64,000 nucleotides of DNA from an uncultured Acidobacteriota bacterium (GCA_963712905.1 CAVQJU010000014.1:170661-234660); one strand, 5' to 3'. Shown: positions 51,027 through 60,767, counted from the first letter of the stretch. Notes: generated from the letters alone by a model not told the origin. Numbers and translations: made by a program.

Positions 51027-51760
51027 GGTTGCCCTCCGAGCAGCGCGCGCAGCTTGCGCGCGGCGCGAAACAGGTGGACGCGCACGGTGGACTCGTTCAA
51101 CCCGATCATCGCGCTGACTTCGCGCGGCGTGCAGTCGCCGTAGTGGCACAGCATGAACACGGTCCGCTGCCGGCCTTCGAGCCGGTCGATGGCCGCCGTC
51201 ATGCGCGCCCTCCGTTCACGCCCGAGCAGTCGTGCCTCGGGGTTCCCGTCGGCAGAGGGGCTGCCGAACATGCCCACGGCGCCGCGGCGATCCTGCGGGA
51301 TGTCTTCGATGTCCTCCGCGGGGGAGGGCACCAGCCAGCGTTCGCGGCGGACCCGCGCCTTGCGGCGATCGAGGCAGCCGTTGATGAGAATCCGCGTGAA
51401 CCAGACCTCGAAGGGCCACGCCTCGCGATACGAGCCGATGTGGCTGAATACCTTGACGAACGCGTCCTGGACGGCCTCGTCCGCCTCGGCGGCGTCACGC
51501 AGGTACTGATAGGCGATGCGGACGGCGCGCCGCTGGTGCGTGACGACGAGTCCCTCGAACCGGTCGCGGGCTGTGTCGAGATCGCCCGCTTCGACCAGTG
51601 TGCGGATCTCCACGGCCAGCCGGGAATCGTCTGACAGCGGGACCGTAACGGCCCGCCGGGCTGGCGCTGGACGCTGCGCAGTTCCGGGCAGCGCCCCCGG
51701 CTGGGGAGCGGCTGGCGCGGGCGGCGCGGCGATGGCAGAAGTCCGCACATCAACACTCAT
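51023..51760 (-). CDS. ECF-type RNA polymerase sigma factor with Pro/Ala-rich N-terminal extension
   Basis: Sigma-2 (..AYQYLRDAAEADEAVQDAFVKVF...WFTRILINGCLD) and sigma-4 (..RQRTVFMLCHYGDCTPREVSAMIGLNESTVRVHLFRARKL-like). Confidence 0.85.
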   Translation of the reverse strand: MSVDVRTSAIAAPPAPAAPQPGALPGTAQRPAPARRAVTVPLSDDSRLAVEIRTLVEAGDLDTARDRFEGLVVTHQRRAVRIAYQYLRDAAEADEAVQDAFVKVFSHIGSYREAWPFEVWFTRILINGCLDRRKARVRRERWLVPSPAEDIEDIPQDRRGAVGMFGSPSADGNPEARLLGRERRARMTAAIDRLEGRQRTVFMLCHYGDCTPREVSAMIGLNESTVRVHLFRAARKLRALLGGQP

Positions 51761-51816
51761 AAGGCACTACGACCCGGTCCCACAACTGTTTACAGTTTAC
51801 AGCACCCCGCAAGTTG

Positions 51817-51845
51817 TTGACTGATGAGAACGCAACGATTACGAT
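51817..51845 (+). promoter_or_regulatory. sigma-70-like promoter candidate for pckA
   Basis: TTGACT (51817-51822), a 17-nt spacer, then TACGAT (51840-51845). AGGAG lies at 51882-51886, ahead of ATG 51896. Confidence 0.4.
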
Positions 51846-51895
51846 CGCCAGATTCGACGCATATTACTGGGCACTCATACCTTAGGAGTTTTTTG

Positions 51896-53484
51896 ATGAC
51901 TACCGGCGTGGAGCGCGGCTCCCACCTCGACCGCGAAGGCATTCGTACGGATCGAGCGAAGTGGAACCTTTCCGTGGCGGCGCTCTACGAAGAAGCCGTG
52001 AAAAGACAGGAAGGGACGATCGCCGCCGAAGGCCCGCTCGTCTGCCGGACGGGGCAGCACACGGGGCGGTCGCCGAACGACAAGTTCATCGTGCGCGAGC
52101 CCTCGAGCGACGCGAACATCGGCTGGGGGAAGCTGAACAAGGCCATGGAGCAGGCGCAGTGGGATGCCCTGCACCAGGATTTCATGGCGTCGCTGCAGGG
52201 CAAGGAACTCTACGTGCTCGACTGCTATGCGGGCGCGGACCCGGCGTACCGCCTGCCGGTGCGGATCATCAGCGAGTACGCCTGGCACAATCTGTTCTGC
52301 CGCAACCTGTTCATCGACGATCCGGCCGCGGCGGCCGCGGCGGCGCCGGAGTTCACCGTCATCGATCAACCCAACTTCAAGGCGGATCCCAAGCGGCACG
52401 GCACGAACACCGAAGTGGTCATCGCGCTGAACTTCGCGAAGAAGCTCGTGCTGATCGGCGGCACCAGCTACGCCGGCGAGATGAAGAAATCGATCTTCAG
52501 CGTGTTGAACTACGTGCTGCCGCTCAAGAACGTCCTCCCGATGCACTGCTCGGCCAACATCGGCAAGTCGGGCGACACGGCGCTGTTCTTCGGTCTGTCC
52601 GGCACCGGCAAGACGACGCTGTCGAGCGATCCCGAACGGGATCTCATCGGCGACGACGAGCACGGCTGGAGCGATCGCGGCGTCTTCAACTTCGAGGGTG
52701 GCTGCTACGCGAAGACCATCAAGCTGTCGGCCGAGGCCGAGCCGCAGATCTACGCGACGACCCGCCGGTTCGGGACGGTGCTCGAGAACGTGGTGATCGA
52801 CGAGGTGACGCGCCCGCTCGATCTGGACGACGGCCGCTATACCGAAAACACCCGCGCGGCGTACCCGATTTCGTTCATCGACAACGCCGTGCCGGAGGGC
52901 TTCGGCGGCCACCCGCGCAACATCGTCATGCTGACGGCGGACGCGTTCGGCGTGCTGCCGCCGATCGCGCGGCTGACGCCGCAGGGCGCGATGTATCACT
53001 TCCTGTCGGGTTACACCGCGAAGGTCGCCGGAACCGAGAAGGGCGTCACCGAGCCGAAGGCCACGTTCAGCACCTGCTTCGGCGCGCCGTTCCTGCCGCT
53101 GCCTCCGGGCGCTACGCGAAGATGCTGGGCGAGAAGATCGCCCGGCACGAGGCGCGTGTCTGGCTGGTGAACACGGGCTGGAGCGGGCGGTCCGTACGGG
53201 ACGGGGCGCGGATGAAGATCGCGTTCACGCGCGCGATGATCACCGCCGCGCTGTCGGGCGCGCTCGACAACGTCGCCTACGTCCACGACGATCGCTTCAA
53301 CCTGGATGTGCCGGCCAGCTGCCCCGACGTGCCCGCCGATGTGCTCAAGCCGCGCTCGACCTGGTCCGACCCGGCCGAGTACGACGCGCAGGCGCTGAAG
53401 CTGGCGAAGATGTTCATCGACAACTTCAAGGCCTTCGAAGGCGAGGTGGGCGCGGACGTCCGCGCCGCCGGCCCCCAAACGTAG
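51896..53484 (+). pseudogene. pckA: phosphoenolpyruvate carboxykinase (ATP), one uncompensated frame break as sequenced
   Basis: MTTGVERG... through ..[11 protein letters not shown] is in the frame of ORF 51824..53170 (motifs [46 protein letters not shown]). The remainder, [23 protein letters not shown]...AFTRAMI.., is in the frame of ORF 51961..53484. The break is at about 53110-53113; one nt appears to be missing, and PGAYAKML is restored by re-reading one base. Confidence 0.85.
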
Positions 53485-53579
53485 TGGTCGGTGGCCAGTG
53501 GCCAGTGATCGGTGGCCGATGGCCGGCGGTCAGTGATCCCTGATCACCGATCACTGATCACCGTCCACTCCTGATCGCC
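53485..53579. repeat. GATC-rich nested palindromic element between pckA and gatB
   Basis: CAGTGATCGGTG (53503-53514) is the reverse complement of CACCGATCACTG (53545-53556). Further CAGTGATC / GATCAC(C/T)G units lie between and after them, giving six GATC sites in about 70 nt. Confidence 0.6.
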
Positions 53580-55030
53580 ATGTCCTTCGAACCCGCCATC
53601 GGCCTCGAGATCCACGCCCAGCTCCGCACGGCGTCGAAGATCTTCTGCGGTTGCTCGACGGCGTTCGGCGCGGCGCCCAACACGCACCTGTGCCCGGTCT
53701 GCCTCGGCCTGCCGGGCGCGCTGCCGGTGCTCAACCACGCCGCCGTCGACTGCGCCGTGCGTGCCGCGCTCGCGCTCGAGTGCACGATCCACTCGACGTC
53801 GATCTTCGCCCGCAAGAATTACTTCTATCCGGACCTGCCGAAGGGGTACCAGATTTCCCAGTACGAGCAGCCGCTCGCCACCGGCGGCGTCGTGCGCGCG
53901 AAGAGCGATCATTGGGCGCCCGAGTACGCATCCGCATCACACGCGTCCACATGGAAGAGGACGCGGGCAAGCTGCTCCACGAGGGCTTCCCGGACTCGGC
54001 GACGCGCAGTTACGTAGATCTCAACCGCGCGGGCACGCCCCTCATTGAAATCGTCACCGAGCCCGATCTCAGGACGGCGGCCGACGCCGCCGCGTTTTTC
54101 GCGTACCTGCGCGAGCTGCTGGTCGCCCTCGGCGTGAACGACGGCAACATGGAAGAGGGCAGCCTGCGCTGCGACGCGAACGTGTCGGTGCGCAAAGACG
54201 GTTCGAGCCCTCTCGGCACCAAAGCTGAAATCAAGAACCTGAATTCGTTCCGCTTCCTCGAAGAGGCCCTCGAGCACGAGATCGAGCGCCAGATCGAGGT
54301 CGTCGAATCAGGCGGCCGGGTGGTTCAGGAAACGCGCCTCTGGGACAGCGCGAAGAAGCGCACCGTTTCGATGCGCAGCAAGGAAGAGGCGCACGACTAC
54401 CGCTATTTTCCCGAGCCGGATCTGCCGCCGCTGGTGCTCGAGCCGGCGCGGCTCCAGCACGCGAAGGACGAGCTGCCGGAAACGCCGGCGCAGCTGCGCG
54501 CCCGGCTGAAGGCCGCACACGGCTTTTCGGACGCCGAGGTCGTGCCGATGACGAGCGCGGGGCTCGCGGCGTATTTCGAGGAGACGGTCGCTGCCGGCGG
54601 CGACGCGAAGGTCGCGCGGAACTGGCTCCTCGGCGCCGTCCGCGCGAAGGTCAACGAAGCCGGCGGCGGAGATCCCGCGTGGCTGCGCGAACGCCTCGCG
54701 CCCGCGGGGCTGGCCGGCCTGCTCGCGCTGGTCGCGAAGGGCACGATCAGCGGATCCATGGCGAAGGACGTGTTCGAGAAGATGGTCGCCACGGGGCGGG
54801 CCGCCGACGAGATCGTCAGCGCCGAAGGCCTCGCGCAGATTGACGACGACGCGCAGATCCTCGGCCTCATCACGGGGGTGCTCGAAAAAAACGCCGACGC
54901 GGTCGCGCAGTACCGATCAGGCAAGACCAACGCCCTCGGCTTTCTCGTCGGTCAGGTGATGAAGGCCACGGCAGGGAAGGCGAACCCGTCGCGCGTCAAC
55001 GAGCTGCTCAGACGCGCCCTGGGAACGTGA
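53580..55030 (+). pseudogene. gatB: Asp-tRNA(Asn)/Glu-tRNA(Gln) amidotransferase subunit B, one frame break as sequenced
   Basis: The N-terminal ~107 aa ([15 protein letters not shown]...[15 protein letters not shown]...[18 protein letters not shown]) are in the frame of ORF 53580..54017. From ..[22 protein letters not shown].. onward the gene is in the frame of ORF 53651..55030. The break is at about 53895-53910. Confidence 0.85.
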
Positions 55031-55063
55031 TACACTCGTCGCCATCGCATTTCAAAGTCTCGA

Positions 55064-55723
55064 GTGATAGAGACCTATAACCTCTCCAAGCAGTACGGGC
55101 GCGGCGTTTACGCGCTGCGCGAGCTGTCGCTCACCATCGACAAAGGCGAGTTCATCTTTCTCACGGGCGCCAGCGGCGCCGGCAAGTCCACGTTTCTGCG
55201 GATGCTCTTGCGCGAGGAGCTCCCCACCGCAGGCGATCTCAAAGTCGACGGCCGCGATCTGGCCATGCTCGGATCGTCGCAGATCCAGGCGTACCGGCGT
55301 ACCGTCGGGTTCATCTTTCAGGATTTCCGCTTGATTCCGCGGATGACGGTCTTTCAGAACGTCGCCTTCGTGATGCGGGTGCTCGGCGTGCCGACCGTCG
55401 TGCAGCAGCGCAAGACGTTCCAGGTGCTCAAGTGGGTCGGCCTGCAGCACCGCATGAACGCGTTTCCCGAGGAGCTGTCCGGCGGCGAACAGCAGCGCAT
55501 CGCGATCGCGCGCGCGCTGGTCAACGAGCCGCAGCTGGTGCTCGCCGACGAGCCCACCGGCAACCTCGATCCCGACCTGTCGATCGAGATCATGAACCTG
55601 TTCCGCGAGATCAACGCGCGCGGCACGACGGTCGTGGTCGCCACGCACGATCGCGAGCTCATTCGGCGAGTCGGCCGGCGCTCCATCACCCTCGAGCACG
55701 GGCGCCTGGTGGAAGTCGCCTGA
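55064..55723 (+). CDS. ftsE: cell-division ATP-binding protein FtsE
   Basis: Walker [28 protein letters not shown]. Followed by ftsX with an ATGA-type overlap. Confidence 0.9.
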   Translation: MIETYNLSKQYGRGVYALRELSLTIDKGEFIFLTGASGAGKSTFLRMLLREELPTAGDLKVDGRDLAMLGSSQIQAYRRTVGFIFQDFRLIPRMTVFQNVAFVMRVLGVPTVVQQRKTFQVLKWVGLQHRMNAFPEELSGGEQQRIAIARALVNEPQLVLADEPTGNLDPDLSIEIMNLFREINARGTTVVVATHDRELIRRVGRRSITLEHGRLVEVA

Positions 55724-56601
55724 TGCGCGCCCTCCGGTATGCGTTCGACGAAGCCGTCGCGAGCCTCTGGCGGGGACGCCGCTCGGGCGCGCTGTCGATG
55801 GCCACCATCGCGCTCGCGCTCTTCGTCCTCGGCGCGTTCCTCATCGTCACCTCGAACCTCGAGCGGCTCGGAGCGGAATGGAGCAGCTCCGCGGACATGT
55901 CCGTGTACCTGAACGACGCGGTCACGCCGGACGAGCGGCAGGCGATCGAGGGCGCGCTGGCGGGCGATGTCGTCACCGAGCGCACCTACGTCTCGAAGGC
56001 CGACGCGCTGGCCCGCTTCCGGCGGACGTTCGCCGACCTGGCGTCGAGCATGGAGGGCCTCGGCGACAACCCGCTGCCGGCGTCCTACGAGGTTCGCCTG
56101 CGACCCGGGGCGGATCAGGCGATCGACTTGCTTGTCAGCCGGGTTCGGGAGCTGCCGGGCGTGGCCGACGTGCGATACGACCGCCAGTGGCTGGCGCGCC
56201 TGCTCGCAGCCATCGGCGTCGTCCGCAGGCTGGGTCTCGCGCTCGGCATCCTGCTCGGCGCCGCCGCGGCCCTGACCGTGGCGAACGTCGTGCGACTGGC
56301 GCTGTTCGCCCGCCGAGACGAGCTCGACATCATGCGGCTCGTGGGCGCGCCCCAGATGTTCATCCGCGGGCCGTTCGTGATGGAGGGGACGCTGCAGGGC
56401 GGGCTGGCTGCAATCGTGGCAGTCGCCGCGCTCGGAATTACATTTCTGGCGCTGCGGGCCGCCTACCTGGCGCCCCTCGCGGCGACCATCAACCTGTCGT
56501 CGGTCCGGTTCCTCCCGCTGGACCTCTGCCTCTGGCTCATCGTTGGCGGGATGCTGGTCGGCTGCCTCGGGGGGCTGGTGGCCGCGACCGGACGGACCTA
56601 A
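55723..56601 (+). CDS. ftsX: cell-division permease-like protein FtsX
   Basis: MRALRYAFDEAVASLWRGRRSGALSMATIALALFVLG.., a periplasmic domain, then a 3-TM FtsX domain (..RRDELDIMRLVGAPQMFIRGPFVMEG..). Confidence 0.85.
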   Translation: MRALRYAFDEAVASLWRGRRSGALSMATIALALFVLGAFLIVTSNLERLGAEWSSSADMSVYLNDAVTPDERQAIEGALAGDVVTERTYVSKADALARFRRTFADLASSMEGLGDNPLPASYEVRLRPGADQAIDLLVSRVRELPGVADVRYDRQWLARLLAAIGVVRRLGLALGILLGAAAALTVANVVRLALFARRDELDIMRLVGAPQMFIRGPFVMEGTLQGGLAAIVAVAALGITFLALRAAYLAPLAATINLSSVRFLPLDLCLWLIVGGMLVGCLGGLVAATGRT

Positions 56602-56616
56602 ACTGTTTACGCAATC

Positions 56617-56646
56617 TTGACACCGGTTTTGGAGCGGCACTACACT
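56617..56646 (+). promoter_or_regulatory. sigma-70-like promoter candidate
   Basis: TTGACA (56617-56622), an 18-nt spacer, then TACACT (56641-56646). A GAGGAG Shine-Dalgarno and ATG 56686 follow. Confidence 0.45.
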
Positions 56647-56685
56647 CAGGAAGATCCACTCGGTAGTTCTTTTTCGAGGAGCCGC

Positions 56686-56970
56686 ATGCCCCGATTCGCG
56701 ACCCGGATGAGGCCGATCAGCGCGCAGCACCCGATCACGGAGTTCTACAGAGAGGAGTTTCTGAAACACCGGCGCTGTCTTGAACAGCAGCGGGCCTACT
56801 ACTCCGAAGGCGCAATCACAGACGTTGAAACGGCACTCGCGAAAGTCATCTCCCAGCTCGAACACCTCTCCACCCAAGCAAACGCCCCCCAGTTGGTCAG
56901 CTCGCTCCTGAAACAATTCGACGTAGTCACCGGTCTCTCGGCCTGGTCCGATCCCAAGCACTCGCACTGA
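56686..56970 (+). CDS. small hypothetical protein (94 aa) in a lower-GC pocket
   Basis: ATG preceded by GAGGAG-N4. MPRFATRMRPISAQHPITEFYREEFLKHRRCLEQQRAYYSEG... uses A/T-ending codons unusually often for this window. No family recognised. Confidence 0.4.
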   Translation: MPRFATRMRPISAQHPITEFYREEFLKHRRCLEQQRAYYSEGAITDVETALAKVISQLEHLSTQANAPQLVSSLLKQFDVVTGLSAWSDPKHSH

Positions 56971-57080
56971 CTCGTTCACTCGACACACTTCGCCAGGATC
57001 TGATCGCCATCGCCCGCGCCGGCATCGCTGCCGTTGACGCCGGACGTCTGGTCGATCAGGCGGCGTCGGCGCCGAGCGCC

Positions 57081-58265
57081 GTGCCGGTGGGACCGATGCG
57101 CGTCATCGCGGCGGGCAAGGCGGCGGTGCCGATGGCGCGCGCCGCGCACGATCTGTTCGGCCCTCGCATTCGCGCGGGCCTCGTGATCGGACCGCCAGGC
57201 GCCGGCGGCGCGGACATCCCGTTCGAACTGGTCGTCGGCGGCCACCCGATGCCGACCGCCGAGAGCGAGCGGGCCGGGCGCCGCGCGCTCGAAGTCGCCG
57301 CCGCGCTCGAGCCGGACGAATCGCTGCTGGTGCTGCTGTCGGGCGGCGCGTCCGCGCTGATGGCGGTCCCGGCCGCCGGCCTCACGCTGGCGGACAAGCA
57401 GGCCACGACGCGGCACCTGCTGCGGGCGGGCGCCGACATCCACGAGCTCAACACCGTCCGCAAGCATTTGTCCGCGATCAAGGGCGGATGGCTGGCCGCC
57501 ACCGCGCCGGGCGCGTGCCGCACGTTCGCGATCTCGGACGTGGTCGGCGACGATCCCAGCATCATCGGGTCGGGGCCGACCGTGCCGGACGCCAGCACGT
57601 TTCGCGACGCGTTCGACATCCTCCAGCGCTTCGCCGGCGGCGCGGCCGACGCGTATCCGCGCGCGGTGCTGGAACGCATGGCCCGCGGCGTCCGCGGCGA
57701 GGTGCCCGACACGCCCACGCCGAACGATGCGCGGCTGTCGCGCGCGGTCATGTCGGTCATCGGCGGGCGGCGCCACGCGATGGACGGCGCCGTCGCCGCG
57801 GCCGCGTCGCGCGGCTATCACGTCATCCGCATCGACGATGCCGTGATCGGCGAGGCGCGGTCCGCGGCTGTCTCGCATCTGCGCGCGTCGCTGGCCCGTG
57901 CGGCGGACGTGGGGCGTCCGGCGTGCATCGTCTCGAGCGGGGAGACGACGGTCCGCGTGACGGGCGACGGCATCGGCGGGCGGAACCAGGAGTTCGCCCT
58001 GGCATGCGCGGGGGCGCTGGCGGCCCTCGGCGCGCCGGCCATGCTGGCCAGTATCGGCACGGACGGGATCGATGGCCCGACCGACGCCGCCGGGGCGCTC
58101 GCGGACGCCACGACGCTCGCTCGCGCACGGGCCGCCCGGCTCGATCCGGCCGCATTTCTCGACCATAACGACACTTATCATTTTTTCGAGGCGCTCGGCG
58201 ACCTCATTCACACGGGACCGACCGGCACGAATGTCGGCGATCTCCAAGTATTTCTGTTAGCCTGA
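57081..58265 (+). CDS. glycerate 2-kinase / hydroxypyruvate reductase family (DUF4147 + MOFRL)
   Basis: ..VIAAGKAAVPMA.., GGHPMPT, LLSGGASAL, LNTVRKHLSAIKGG, SDVVGDD, GGETTV-like SGETTV, GGRNQEFALA, GTDGIDGPTDAAGA, TGTNVGDL. Similarity appears to extend upstream to about 56979 in the same frame without an ATG/GTG/TTG. Confidence 0.8.
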   Translation: MPVGPMRVIAAGKAAVPMARAAHDLFGPRIRAGLVIGPPGAGGADIPFELVVGGHPMPTAESERAGRRALEVAAALEPDESLLVLLSGGASALMAVPAAGLTLADKQATTRHLLRAGADIHELNTVRKHLSAIKGGWLAATAPGACRTFAISDVVGDDPSIIGSGPTVPDASTFRDAFDILQRFAGGAADAYPRAVLERMARGVRGEVPDTPTPNDARLSRAVMSVIGGRRHAMDGAVAAAASRGYHVIRIDDAVIGEARSAAVSHLRASLARAADVGRPACIVSSGETTVRVTGDGIGGRNQEFALACAGALAALGAPAMLASIGTDGIDGPTDAAGALADATTLARARAARLDPAAFLDHNDTYHFFEALGDLIHTGPTGTNVGDLQVFLLA

Positions 58266-58271
58266 ATTCCG

Positions 58272-60537
58272 ATGTTTTCTCTCGACCAAGTGCTCGCGCT
58301 GATGCGCGAGCGTGTACACCATCCTGCCGCCATGCGCGAGCTGCTGCAGGTCCTCAAAGTTCCTCGCGACGAACGTCCGTCGTTCAAGCGCCATATCCGA
58401 GTCGCTCGTGACGTCGGGCGACCTGATCCAGATCCGCGGCAACCGGTTCGGCCTGCCCGAAAAGATGGACCTGTACGTCGGCCGGCTGCAGACGCACCCG
58501 GCCGGATACGGGTTCGTGATCCCCGAGCGGCCGCTCGAATCGGGCGCCGGCGACATCTACGTCTCGGGTCCGCACCTCAACGAAGCGATGCACGGCGACC
58601 GTGTCGTTGCGCGCATTGAAAAGATCAAGGAAGGCGGGCGCGTCGAAGGCCGCGTCATCCGCATCCTCGAGCGCGGCAACGAATCGATCGTCGGCCGCTA
58701 CGACCGCGACGACAACGGCATGGGGTACGTCGTGCCGTTCGACCGCCGCGTGCTCATGGACATCTTCGTGCCGCCGGGGCAGGAGGGCGGCGCCACGCCG
58801 GGCGAGATGGTGACCGTCGAGATCACGCGGTGGCCGACCTCGACGCGCGGCGCGCTCGGACGCGTCGCCGACGTGCTCGGCGACATCGACGCGCCGGGCG
58901 TCGACACCGAGATCATCATCCGCAAGTTCGGCATCCCCGACGCACACGGCCCGAGGCCGTCGCCGAAGCCGTACCGTCTCGGAGGGGCGGTCTCGCCGAA
59001 GGACATCAGCGGCCGCACCGACTTCCGGAGCGTCCCGACGGTGACGATCGACGGCGAGCACGCGCGCGACTTCGACGACGCGATCACGATCGAGAAGCTG
59101 CCGAACGGGCACTACTGGCTCGGCGTGCACATCGCCGACGTCTCGCACTACGTGCAGGAGGGCAGCGCGCTCGATCGCGAAGCCTACGAGCGCGGCACGT
59201 CGGTGTACTTCCCCGAGCGCGCCGTGCACATGTTCCCGTCCGAGCTGGCCACCGGGCTGTGCAGCCTCAACCCGCACGTCGATCGGCTCGTGCAGTCGTG
59301 CCTGATGGAGGTCGATCGCCGCGGCGAGGTCGTGCGCTCCGAGTTCCACGACGGCGTGATCAACAGCAACGAGCGGATGACCTACACGGACGTGAACGGC
59401 ATCCTGACCGACCGCGACCCGGCGCTGCTGACGCAGCTACGCGCCGCTCGTGCCGATGTTCGAGCTGATGCGCGAGCTGTTCCACGATGCTCAACGACGC
59501 GCCGGCGGCGCCGCGGCTCGATCGACTTCGACCTGAACGAAGCCGAAGTGATCATCGACGAAGGCGGCGTGGTCGAAGCGATCATCGCCCTGCAGCGCAA
59601 CGTCGCGCATCGGCTGATCGAAGAGTTCATGCTGCTCGCCAACGAGACGGTGGCGTCGCACCTCGAGGCGCAGAACGCGCCGGCGCTCTACCGCATGCAC
59701 GAGGAGCCCGACGTCCTGAAGGTCGGCGAAGTTCGAGGAGTTCATCTCCGGGTTTGGATACAGCCTCGGCGCGCCGCTGACGGCCCTGCGGCCGCGGCAC
59801 TTCCAGAAGCTGCTCGAGCGGATCGAGGGCAAGCCGGAGGAGAAGCCGATCGCGTTCCTCATGCTGCGCACGATGCAGAAGGCGCGCTACGCGCCCGAGA
59901 ACCTCGGACACTTCGGCCTCGCGGCGTCGAGCTATACGCATTTCACGTCGCCGATCCGCCGCTATCCCGATCTCGTCGTGCATCGCGCGCTCCGGGCCGC
60001 GCGCCACGGCGACGCTGACCGCGGACGAGCGCGAGGAGTGCGGTCGAAGAGCTGCCGGAAATCGCGCGGCACACGTCGGAGATGGAGCGGCGGGCCGACG
60101 ACGCCGAACGCGAGCTGTTGCAGTGGAAGAAGGTGAAGTTCATGGCCGACAAGGTCGGCGATGAATTCGAGGGCTACATCACCGGCGTCGCCGCCTTCGG
60201 CCTTTTCATCGAGCTCGTCGAGCACTTCGTCGAGGGGCTCGTGCACGTGTCGACGATGGCGGACGACTACTACCGGTTCATCGAGAACGCGCACACGCTG
60301 CGCGGCGAGAACACGCAGAAAACCTATCGGCTCGGCGACAAGGTGATGGTGCAGGTCGTCCGCGTCAACATGGACGTCCGGCAGATCGATCTGGGGCTGG
60401 TCGAAATCCTGGAGCGTGTCCGGGAAGGCGTGCACGGGCCGCGGCGCAGCCGCAGCGCGCCCAAACGCGAAGGCCGGCGCGCGCAGAGGCCCGGCCGGCG
60501 TGAGAGAGGAAAGTCCCGGGGGAAAAAGCGGAGGTGA
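58272..60537 (+). pseudogene. rnr: ribonuclease R, at least nine frame changes as sequenced
   Basis: An RNase R-like protein can be read only by hopping frames at about 58396, 58950, 58974, 59436, 59487, 59499, 59730, 60010 and 60039. The pieces include MFSLDQVLALMRERVHHPAAMRELLQVLKV, GYGFVIPE, the RNB region DFDDAITIEKLPNGHYWLGVHIADVSHYV...[114 protein letters not shown], the S1 domain EFEGYITGVAAFGLFIEL, and a basic tail. Confidence 0.85.
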
Positions 60538-60540
60538 ACG

Positions 60541-60705
60541 CTACGACTTGTGGTCGTCGGACGCGGTGCCTTCCTTCATGCCGTCCTTGAAGTTCTTGAT
60601 CGCGCTCCCGACGCCGCGTCCAAGCTGCGGCAGCCGGTTGGCCCCGAAGATCAGCACGACGATGACCAGAATGACGAGCAGTTCCGGCAAACCCAGACGG
60701 CCCAT
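60541..60705 (-). CDS. tatA: twin-arginine translocase subunit TatA/E (54 aa; below the ORF-track size cut-off)
   Basis: Hand translation of the minus strand gives [54 protein letters not shown], the canonical TatA TM plus amphipathic helix. Confidence 0.8.
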   Translation of the reverse strand: MGRLGLPELLVILVIVVLIFGANRLPQLGRGVGSAIKNFKDGMKEGTASDDHKS

Positions 60706-60767
60706 TGTGTTGCTCCCTCTCGTCCGAGTTTACCACTTTCCCCGCGGCAACCGCGTTTACGAAGCGC

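Noticed and set aside
56617-56685. The TTG-initiated extension of the orphan ORF (track ORF 56617..56970, 117 aa).
   Set aside because: The TTG is itself the first codon of the TTGACA -35 hexamer. A GAGGAG Shine-Dalgarno precedes the internal ATG at 56686, which is therefore preferred.
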